A DNA stretch of 64,000 nt. Source: an uncultured Methanosarcinales archaeon. Its GTDB lineage: Archaea > Nanobdellota > Nanobdellia > Woesearchaeales > GW2011-AR4. The notes below the pieces were generated by a model, which was not told the DNA's origin, did not search any database, and was given only the letters and a program-made list of their open reading frames with translations. The stretch spans positions 2,219 through 66,218 of the forward strand of contig CAYTKI010000002.1 of NCBI GenBank assembly GCA_964438385.1, written 5' to 3'. Shown piece by piece: positions 56,743-64,000 of the stretch. The position numbers and the translations under genes are program-made. The number at the start of each line of letters is the position of its first letter. The stretch's first letter is position 1.

Positions 56743-57201
56743 ATGGGCATAAGCAGAAAAGAGCGCAAGCAGTTGCAGCGTGAAGAGCGCGCAGGCAGTT
56801 CTTCTCTAGGTGAAAATTCTTCCTCAATCGCCCCAGCTGAGCCAAAAAAAAGCAAAGTGTGGCTCTATGCCGGAATCGGCGTGGGAATAGTGCTCCTCAT
56901 TGCGGCAGGCGTTGCCGGCTCTTATTTCTTCACACCAGGACCATATGATGATTTTGCCAAGTGCCTAAGCGAGAAAGGGGCGCAGATGTATGGCGCTATG
57001 GGGTGGTGCCAGTACACCCAAGGGCAGAAAGCCATGTTTGGAAAGTCTTTTACCAAAATAAACTACCATGAATTTGGGGAATTTCCAAAGGACATGGGAG
57101 AAATAAAGGTGACCCCAACGTGGATAATTAATGGCAAGGCCTATCCCAACACGCAGTCATTTGATGATCTCGCGCAGGCAACAGGATGCCCCCTCCCATG
57201 A
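56743..57201 (+). CDS. Membrane-anchored thioredoxin-like protein (VKOR-associated Trx type)
   Basis: DDFAKCLSEKGAQMYGAMGWCQYTQGQK.MFG, and the PTWIING cis-Pro motif. Confidence 0.75.
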   Translation: MGISRKERKQLQREERAGSSSLGENSSSIAPAEPKKSKVWLYAGIGVGIVLLIAAGVAGSYFFTPGPYDDFAKCLSEKGAQMYGAMGWCQYTQGQKAMFGKSFTKINYHEFGEFPKDMGEIKVTPTWIINGKAYPNTQSFDDLAQATGCPLP

Positions 57202-58031
57202 CCGCGAAAAAAAAGATGGACGCAAAGGGGAACGGAGTGCTGCCCTCATTCTGGGCCGAAATCAGAAATGGCAGGAAGGCAATTGCCGCCATGTTTTTAT
57301 TGGATGCGGCATTTGTCATGGCGTTGGTTTTGCTAGGCACTTTGATTGGAGAGCTAATTCCCTCGCTGAACGCATCTTCCCTAATGGCAGTTCCCTCAAG
57401 CGCTATTTGGACGGCACTTTCGGTGCTGCTCATTTATTTTTTCCTCGTGATGCTCTTCTATTCGTTTATCAAGCACATCGTGCTGCACTATGTGCGATCC
57501 TTCTTTGTCCCATCAATCCTTGATTTTGGCCGCTTTTGGAGGTTTTATGCACTCAATCTGTGCCTCTTTGCCATCTTCGGGATACTAATTGCGATTTTTG
57601 CCTATTTCATCGTGGCAGTAAAGCAGCCCTACGCGGTTTGGGCATTTCTCATCCTCATCATCCCTTATTACGCGGTGTTCTTTATCGTGCTTCACGCCTC
57701 ACAGAGCTGCTTCCATGCAAGGGGCAGAGGAATTTTCCATTCGCTTGCGTATGGATTCTCCTCGATTGGTAAGGTGCTCACTTGTGGCAGAGTAATCGCC
57801 AAAATCATCGCGGTTGTTGTTTTATTGATCCTTCTATTGCAGATGTATCTGTACTTCACACTCCGAACAGGCCTCCTTGATGCATTCTATGCTTCGCTCT
57901 ATTATCTCTTCTTCGCTACAGTCGGGAGCAGTATTGGCCTCATCATTGCTTACATCCTATCTTTTATTGGCCGCATCGGCTTCTATGCTGCAGCACTGAA
58001 GGGAGATCGCGATGTTTCTCCACAACATTGA
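57198..58031 (+). CDS. Polytopic membrane protein
   Basis: About 6 TM segments; ATGA-coupled to the upstream gene. Confidence 0.72.
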   Translation: MTAKKKMDAKGNGVLPSFWAEIRNGRKAIAAMFLLDAAFVMALVLLGTLIGELIPSLNASSLMAVPSSAIWTALSVLLIYFFLVMLFYSFIKHIVLHYVRSFFVPSILDFGRFWRFYALNLCLFAIFGILIAIFAYFIVAVKQPYAVWAFLILIIPYYAVFFIVLHASQSCFHARGRGIFHSLAYGFSSIGKVLTCGRVIAKIIAVVVLLILLLQMYLYFTLRTGLLDAFYASLYYLFFATVGSSIGLIIAYILSFIGRIGFYAAALKGDRDVSPQH

Positions 58032-58821
58032 CCCGGTAATTTTTTCTCTAGGTCCTCTCTCAGTCCGCTATTATGGCCTTTTCTACGCCCTAGGGTTTGT
58101 CATCGCGTATTTCCTCATCTATGCTCTTGCGAGGAGAAAAGGATTGGGATTGAGTAGGGATGATGTCGGTGATTGTATCTTTTCCTTGGTTATTGGGGTT
58201 GTCATTGGCGCGAGGCTCTTTTATGTGCTGTCCTACAACCTTCCTTTTTACCTCTCAAATCCTCTGGAGATTTTTGCGCTCTGGCGCGGCGGCCTCTCCT
58301 TTCACGGCGGGCTCATTGGGGGAATAGCGGCAACTTTCTATTTTTGTAGGAATAAAAAGCTCAGGTTCTATGATATCGCGGACATTGCGGCAATTCCCTT
58401 GGCCCTTGGGCTCGCATTGGGGAGAATCGGCAATTTCATCAATGGCGAGCTCTATGGCCGCATGACAACTCTTCCTCTCTGCATTGACTACTCAAAAAAC
58501 CAATACATCGGCCAGGTTGTCGAGGGGTGCAGGCACGCATCACAGTTGTATGAGTCGTTCTACAGTCTTGTCATTTTCACTATTCTTCTCTCCCTCTTTC
58601 TCTCAAAAAAGGAATTGCCAAAAGGCATGCTCACCTGGCTCTTTGTCGCAATGTATGGCTTCTTTCGCACCGCAACGGAGTTTTTCAGGCAGCCCGACGC
58701 GCAGCTGGGTTTTCTCTTCGGCGGATTGACCATGGGGCAGCTCCTGAGCATTCCGATGTTTGTAATTGGCAGTTATATAGTTTGGAGGATTGTAAAAACT
58801 ATTAAATACTCTTCTCAATAG
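58012..58821 (+). CDS. lgt: Prolipoprotein diacylglyceryl transferase
   Basis: RYYGL, GARLFYV, GGLSFHGG, GRIGNFINGELYGR, RHASQLYE, FR..TEFFRQPD, MGQLLSIP. Confidence 0.95.
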   Translation: MFLHNIDPVIFSLGPLSVRYYGLFYALGFVIAYFLIYALARRKGLGLSRDDVGDCIFSLVIGVVIGARLFYVLSYNLPFYLSNPLEIFALWRGGLSFHGGLIGGIAATFYFCRNKKLRFYDIADIAAIPLALGLALGRIGNFINGELYGRMTTLPLCIDYSKNQYIGQVVEGCRHASQLYESFYSLVIFTILLSLFLSKKELPKGMLTWLFVAMYGFFRTATEFFRQPDAQLGFLFGGLTMGQLLSIPMFVIGSYIVWRIVKTIKYSSQ

Positions 58822-58830
58822 TTGTTAGCC

Positions 58831-59259
58831 ATGGACTCACTTGACCGGGCAATCATAGTAAAGCTCTCAGAGAACGCAAGGGCATCATTTGCAGGCATCG
58901 CGAAGAAAGAGAAGGTTTCTGAATCAACAATAAGAAAGCGTGTCGCATCACTTGAGGAGAAAGGCATCATCAAAAAATATTCTCTTGTCCTCAACCACGC
59001 AAAGATGGGCCTTGAGAATCAGGCATTCATTGGTGTTGATGCTGAGCCTGAGCAGTATCTTGAGGTTGGAAAGGCATTGAAAATGATGCCGGAAATCAGA
59101 AGCGCCTGGTCTGCTTCAGGCGATCACATGTTCATGGTGGAAGTGCTCGCGAAAGACAATGACAATCTCATGCTGGTTTCTGATAAGATAAGGAGAATCG
59201 GCGGCGTCACAAGAATCTGCCCAGCGGTTGTGAAAGAGACGCTAAAAGGCGAAGTATAG
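58831..59259 (+). CDS. Lrp/AsnC transcriptional regulator
   Basis: LDRAII..LSENARAS..IAK..VSESTIRKRV..LEEKGII. Confidence 0.93.
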   Translation: MDSLDRAIIVKLSENARASFAGIAKKEKVSESTIRKRVASLEEKGIIKKYSLVLNHAKMGLENQAFIGVDAEPEQYLEVGKALKMMPEIRSAWSASGDHMFMVEVLAKDNDNLMLVSDKIRRIGGVTRICPAVVKETLKGEV

Positions 59260-59360
59260 GCGGATTCCGCACTTATTCTTCCGTTTCCCGCACCGTCTGA
59301 AGCAAGTTTTAAATACCCTTTCTTACCCCTAATTAACAATTGTTAAGTATTGGAGAAAAA

Positions 59361-60179
59361 ATGCTTGAAAGCTTCCTGATAACCTCAAGAGAAACATTGG
59401 AGGCAAGCCTTGTTGTGGGCATTGTCCTTGGCTATTTGGGGCGCACGGATCAAAGACGGCACAATCGATTTGTCTATTTTGGCATCGCGGCTGGCCTTCT
59501 TTTGAGCATGGGAGGCGCCCTGCTCTTCATGGGCATTGCCGGCGGATTTGAGGGAAAGGCAGAGCAGCTTTTTGAGGGAACCACCATGCTCATCGCAGCA
59601 CTCCTTCTTACCACCATGATACTCTGGATGCTGCGTCAAAAGCACATCGCAAAGGAGATTGAAGGCAAAGTCGCAAAGCACATCGCAAATTCACAGTTGA
59701 ACACATGGGGAACCTACGGGCTGTTTTTTCTTATTCTCTTTGCGGTGCTACGCGAAGGCATCGAGACTGTTATCTTCATGGGAGCGATAAGCTACACCAC
59801 AGGAATCAATTTCATCGGCGGATTGCTAGGCATTATTGTGGCGATCGCAGTCGGCTATCTGTTCTTCAGGGGAACTAAAAAAGTGAACCTTAAGAAGTTC
59901 TTCAATATCTCAAGCGTCTTATTGATCCTCTTCGCAGCAGGCCTTGTCGCGCACGGCATCCACGAATTTGAGGAAGCGGGAGTAGTCCCAAGTATTATAG
60001 CACCGGTCTGGAACACAAACAGTATAATAAATGAGAAAGGCGTCTTTGGAAGTTTCCTTGTCGGGCTCTTTGGGTACAATGGTAACCCCAGTCTCATTGA
60101 AGTTCTTGCCTACGGGGGATATCTTGCGATTATCTATTCCCTCTATAGGAAGATTGAGAATCCCAAAGCTGCGATATAA
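59361..60179 (+). CDS. FTR1/EfeU family iron permease
   Basis: Two RExxE motifs (RETLE, REGIE) and 7 TM segments. Confidence 0.9.
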   Translation: MLESFLITSRETLEASLVVGIVLGYLGRTDQRRHNRFVYFGIAAGLLLSMGGALLFMGIAGGFEGKAEQLFEGTTMLIAALLLTTMILWMLRQKHIAKEIEGKVAKHIANSQLNTWGTYGLFFLILFAVLREGIETVIFMGAISYTTGINFIGGLLGIIVAIAVGYLFFRGTKKVNLKKFFNISSVLLILFAAGLVAHGIHEFEEAGVVPSIIAPVWNTNSIINEKGVFGSFLVGLFGYNGNPSLIEVLAYGGYLAIIYSLYRKIENPKAAI

Positions 60180-60490
60180 GTTTTCCGTTAGGTTTATGGA
60201 GAGAATGCGCTCACTAGCGCATCAAGCGATTTCTTTGCCTATTCTTATTTTTCAATGTTTAGCTCTCTTAGTATTCTCTGATGGATACTAGTCCGTCTCA
60301 CGTTTTAGCAGGTATCAGAATTGTAGTAGTGTCCCCCTTCTTTTTGGGCTGAAGATGAGCAAATAATCTTCATCTTTGGTAGTTTTCCTATGAGAAAATA
60401 ATATTAAGCATTGAACTCGACGGAAGGTTTAATAGTGGGAAAGGCACTATAATTCGCATCGGAATTTAATCATCAGGAAACAATCTTAAA

Positions 60491-60817
60491 GTGGCTTTGC
60501 CTTCATGGCAGATGAGTCAAGAGCAGTATATTCAATGGCCCATTGATGATCCGCTGAGAAGAGAGTATGATAGATTTCAGAGATATGGAATTGCCAGAGT
60601 ACGCCCGATTGAAGGGCTTGGTTTGGCTCCTAAATATAATAATTTTCCCCGCTTAGAGGATTTGATTGGTCTATTGAGGGAGGGTGAGAATTTTATACTT
60701 ACATGGAAAAAAACAAGGGGCAATTCCAAAACACGTGGATACTATGTAGTGGCTGGGAAAAAGGCAGGTCTAGAAAATGTTCCAAAACGCGCAGAAAAGC
60801 GTGATATTTCTCAATAG
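60491..60817 (+). CDS. Hypothetical protein
   Basis: ORF in the gap; no motif. Confidence 0.35.
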   Translation: MALPSWQMSQEQYIQWPIDDPLRREYDRFQRYGIARVRPIEGLGLAPKYNNFPRLEDLIGLLREGENFILTWKKTRGNSKTRGYYVVAGKKAGLENVPKRAEKRDISQ

Positions 60818-60864
60818 CTCATAGTTGGTAAGTCTTAACTTCAGATTTTTACTCTACATTTATA

Positions 60865-61827
60865 ATGGGGGTAATGGTTCATCCTGAAATGGCATCAGAA
60901 AAATCCTACCAAGTCCTCCTCTACTACAAATTCCACCCTATTGAAAATCCCTCGCAGTTCACAAAAGAGCACAAGGAATTCTGCGAAAAGCGCAATCTTG
61001 TCGGAAGGATCCTGATCGGAGCTGAAGGCATAAACGGCACCTGCACAGGGCTTCCAAAAGACATAGAAGCCTACAAGGACTACGTCCACTCCCTCAAGGG
61101 GTTCGAAGATATGTGGTTCAAGGAGCATATCGTGAGTGAGCTTCCTCTCAAAAACCTAAGGATAAAATGCAGAAAAGAGATAGTGTCTCTGGGAGCGGAA
61201 GTCGATATGGGAAAAACTGCGGAGTATCTCTCCCCAGAAGAATTCCACAGCATGGTCGAGCTATCGTTCCATGACGACTCTATTGTGATCCTGGACGGAA
61301 GAAATCAGATAGAGGCAAGGATTGGAAAGTTCAGGAACGCAGTAGTTCCACAAGTGAGATTTTTTCGGGAATTGAAAGATGAAATAAAAAAAGAAAATTA
61401 TGTCCCGCTAAAAGAGAAGAAAATCCTCATGTACTGCACCGGGGGAATACGATGCGAGAAAGCATCAGCCATGCTCAAGGAAGAAGGCTTCAAGGACGTC
61501 TACCAGCTCCACGGCGGCATCTACAATTACCTCAAAACATACCCAAACGGCTACTTCGACGGCACGTGCTTTGTGTTTGATGATCGGATGCAGGTGGTAT
61601 TCAAAGAAGGCGGAGAAGTCATCAATGGAAGCGCTGCCCCGGAAGAAAAAATTATCTCCCACTGCGACTTCTGCCAAAGTAAATCAAACAGGGTAGTCAA
61701 CGATGAGAGAAAAGAGCGGCGCTTTCTCGTAATCTGCTGCGATGAATGCGACAGGCAGCATGACGTTTCAAGGATAAGATATGGAAAGGAAAGAAAAGAT
61801 GAGGCGCTATTGAATTCTGTTTTTTAA
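60865..61827 (+). CDS. trhO: TrhO/YceA (UPF0176) rhodanese-domain tRNA U34 hydroxylase
   Basis: LLYYKF, GRILIGAEGINGT, DGRN..E..IGKF, YCTGGIRCEKAS, QLHGGI..YL, FVFDDR. Confidence 0.88.
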   Translation: MGVMVHPEMASEKSYQVLLYYKFHPIENPSQFTKEHKEFCEKRNLVGRILIGAEGINGTCTGLPKDIEAYKDYVHSLKGFEDMWFKEHIVSELPLKNLRIKCRKEIVSLGAEVDMGKTAEYLSPEEFHSMVELSFHDDSIVILDGRNQIEARIGKFRNAVVPQVRFFRELKDEIKKENYVPLKEKKILMYCTGGIRCEKASAMLKEEGFKDVYQLHGGIYNYLKTYPNGYFDGTCFVFDDRMQVVFKEGGEVINGSAAPEEKIISHCDFCQSKSNRVVNDERKERRFLVICCDECDRQHDVSRIRYGKERKDEALLNSVF

Positions 61828-61869
61828 AGAAGAGTGATGTGTTGGGTTAGTGTATGCTGGAAATTGCAT

Positions 61870-62268
61870 TTAAGAATTTCTCTTAACCATCCTGCACCCA
61901 ACAAGGAGCAGTGCCCCCCGAATCACATTCGTCGCAAAATCAACAATGAACTGCCTCCCTAAGGAAGACAAAAGCCCAAACACGACTCCGATGCAAAGAA
62001 AATACCATCCCAGAAGCCAGGCAAGGTGTAGCACATTCTCGCCTTTCAGCATGGCATACACAAGATAAAGGGAGAAGAGGAGAACAAAGCCACCGGATAG
62101 GCCGGCAGTAATCGCAAGCATCCGCGACGCTTCAGGATTTGAGATGTCCCATTTCAGCTGCGCCGAATCCGTCCAGAGGAAAAGGGTGTCAACCGTGAAG
62201 AATAAGGTGATAAGGGATGAGAGGCAAAGTACCACCACCACAAAGCCGGTATTCTTGTTCAGTTCCAT
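61870..62268 (-). CDS. Membrane hypothetical protein
   Basis: 4 TM segments. Confidence 0.6.
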   Translation of the reverse strand: MELNKNTGFVVVVLCLSSLITLFFTVDTLFLWTDSAQLKWDISNPEASRMLAITAGLSGGFVLLFSLYLVYAMLKGENVLHLAWLLGWYFLCIGVVFGLLSSLGRQFIVDFATNVIRGALLLVGCRMVKRNS

Positions 62269-62290
62269 GGCAGATAAAATTCAGCCCTTC

Positions 62291-63394
62291 CTATTTCTCC
62301 TTTGCGGAGGGAGAATACTCCACATGGTATTTTTCTAGTGCAAGGCTGATGAAGGTGATCAATAGCGCAAGTATCACTGGACCTACAAAAATCCCTATGA
62401 ATCCAAAAAGCTTGAGTCCGCCGATAACACCCGCGATGATGACGACAGGGTGGACTTTTGCGGCATCTCCTGCAAGCTTTGGCCGCAGGAAATTATCAAG
62501 CGTGCCAATGATCAAAAGCCCGTAAAGGAACAGGCCGATGCCCTGGTAGAGGAGGAGATTGCTCCCAAGCAAAAGCCCTTTTCCCATCAAAAAAAGTGAG
62601 GCAGGAACCCACACGATGCCTGTCCCGATGACGGGGATAAGCCCGAAGAAGCCAGTGATGGCGCCAAGAAGGACGGGCGAAGGCAGCCCAACCACAAAAT
62701 ACCCAATCATGCCCAAGACTCCCTGAATCATCGCCACAAGGATTGCCGCGAACACGATGGAGTGCGTCATGGTATTGATGCGGTGAAGGATTCTATCCAT
62801 ATCTCCCTTCTTGAAAGGGATGTATTCATACACCGTGAGCTTGAATTTTTCCCAGTCCCGAATCAAAAAGAACGTGATGAAGAATGAGATTGCGATGTGG
62901 AAAAAGATGGAGGGGAGCTTAAAAATAAAGTCGCCGATGGTATTAAACGTGGTGGTGATGAATTTGTCTGTGACTTTTTGCATGAGTTCAGGGGGAAGAA
63001 GGGTTTTAATCGAATTGTCAAGGAAAAGGACGCTCCCGCAGAGATCGGTTGTATCCGTGCGGCAGTGATCCGTGAGCGCTCCAACGCTTACCGTACCGTC
63101 CTGCATCTGCTTCTTTGCTCCCTGCGTGAATGCAATCGCTTCGGAAGAGATTCCCTTAATGATAAAAAAGAAGGGGACAGTTACCAAAAGCACCATGAGA
63201 AGGACGGTGAAGAATGAGGAAAGTGAGGGTCTCTTTAACCGCCTGTTGATATACACATAGGTAGGGTAGAAGAGATAAGACAATATTAGGCTCCATAAGA
63301 AAACTGTGATGAGCGGTTTGATGATAAGGAAGGAGAGCAGGAGGATGATGGCAAATGCCACAATGAATAGGTATTTGGTGTATTTAGTCTCCAT
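62291..63394 (-). CDS. AI-2E (PerM) family transporter
   Basis: IPVIGTGIVWVP, DNFLRPKL, VHP, FGFIGIFVGP. Confidence 0.9.
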   Translation of the reverse strand: METKYTKYLFIVAFAIILLLSFLIIKPLITVFLWSLILSYLFYPTYVYINRRLKRPSLSSFFTVLLMVLLVTVPFFFIIKGISSEAIAFTQGAKKQMQDGTVSVGALTDHCRTDTTDLCGSVLFLDNSIKTLLPPELMQKVTDKFITTTFNTIGDFIFKLPSIFFHIAISFFITFFLIRDWEKFKLTVYEYIPFKKGDMDRILHRINTMTHSIVFAAILVAMIQGVLGMIGYFVVGLPSPVLLGAITGFFGLIPVIGTGIVWVPASLFLMGKGLLLGSNLLLYQGIGLFLYGLLIIGTLDNFLRPKLAGDAAKVHPVVIIAGVIGGLKLFGFIGIFVGPVILALLITFISLALEKYHVEYSPSAKEK

Positions 63395-63399
63395 GAGAG

Positions 63400-64000
63400 C
63401 TACCTTGCAAAGAGCGCCTTATATTCTTTTTGCATCATTTTGGCGTCCCCCTCAATATTTGGGCTTTCGCAGATAAGTACTCCCTTCACCTTAAAGTCAG
63501 CCATTGCCCTCAAAAGCTCCCGGTAACAGAAGTCGGATTCCTCAAGGTTCAGATGGTGCTTTTCCCCTTTCTCCCCATAGGCAATGCCGGCAACGTGCGC
63601 ATGAATGTTATGCAGCCCCTTCTTCCCAAGCTTGTTCTCTACTGCCTCAAGAATGGAGGCGAATTCCCTATAGGTATTGAATTTTCCGTTTGTGCGTGCG
63701 TGGAAGTGGGCAAAATCAATGCACGGCATCACATTGTCAAGTTCTGCGCTCAAGGCAAGAAGCTCATCCATGTCTCCGAACTGCGAGGGCTTTCCCGTGG
63801 TCTCTGGCCGAACCCAAAGATCAATCCCTTCGTCCTTGAGTCTTTCTGTGATGGCAAACATTGCTTTTTTCACATTGGCAAAGGCGGCTTCCTTGCTCTC
63901 TTTCATATAAAATCCAGGATGGAAGCAGACAGAATAGCCGCCGCAAAGCTGCATGATCCTGCACGAATCCAAAATCCGCTTCATGCTCGCCTCGAGCTTT
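63400..64000 (-). CDS. Endonuclease IV-like TIM-barrel protein (5' truncated by the window edge)
   Basis: FHPGFY, RPETTGKPSQFG, CIDFAH, GEKHHL, ICESP; frame stays open to the edge. Confidence 0.88.
   Translation of the reverse strand, partial: KLEASMKRILDSCRIMQLCGGYSVCFHPGFYMKESKEAAFANVKKAMFAITERLKDEGIDLWVRPETTGKPSQFGDMDELLALSAELDNVMPCIDFAHFHARTNGKFNTYREFASILEAVENKLGKKGLHNIHAHVAGIAYGEKGEKHHLNLEESDFCYRELLRAMADFKVKGVLICESPNIEGDAKMMQKEYKALFAR

Noticed and set aside
1-64000. Prophage, integrase, transposase, rRNA or CRISPR-cas genes
   Set aside because: No supporting motifs were seen anywhere in the window.

Overview
This is a 64-kb window from a small-genome archaeon, most likely DPANN Woesearchaeota. 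That assignment is inferred from archaeal eS1, Bud32, RFC-L, HerA/Mre11, BHB-intron tRNAs, TATA/BRE promoters and GGTGA ribosome-binding sites. The backbone is translation and housekeeping: gatCAB, aspS, hisS, glyS, valS, cysS, map, four tRNAs, glycogen genes and a Tad/type IV pilus ATPase with its membrane platform. Many bacterial-type genes are mixed in. The most striking items are: (1) a secreted 1244-aa protein with two LysM domains, a long coiled coil and an Amidase_3-like Zn domain, translationally coupled to a pilin-like adhesin and next to a YibQ-type deacetylase; together with a bacterial Lgt this suggests an archaeon that binds and cuts bacterial peptidoglycan; (2) two divergent AbrB-PIN toxin-antitoxin modules, each headed by the same ~70-bp sequence, with an RHS relic truncated exactly at that sequence; (3) a 286-bp MITE with 15-bp TIRs and a 9-bp TSD; (4) a tRNA-Phe with two introns; (5) an AspRS-YbaK fusion; (6) a homoserine kinase with a ~180-aa insertion and an orphan HisG-like gene. 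All family calls come from motif recognition by eye; no database searches were run.
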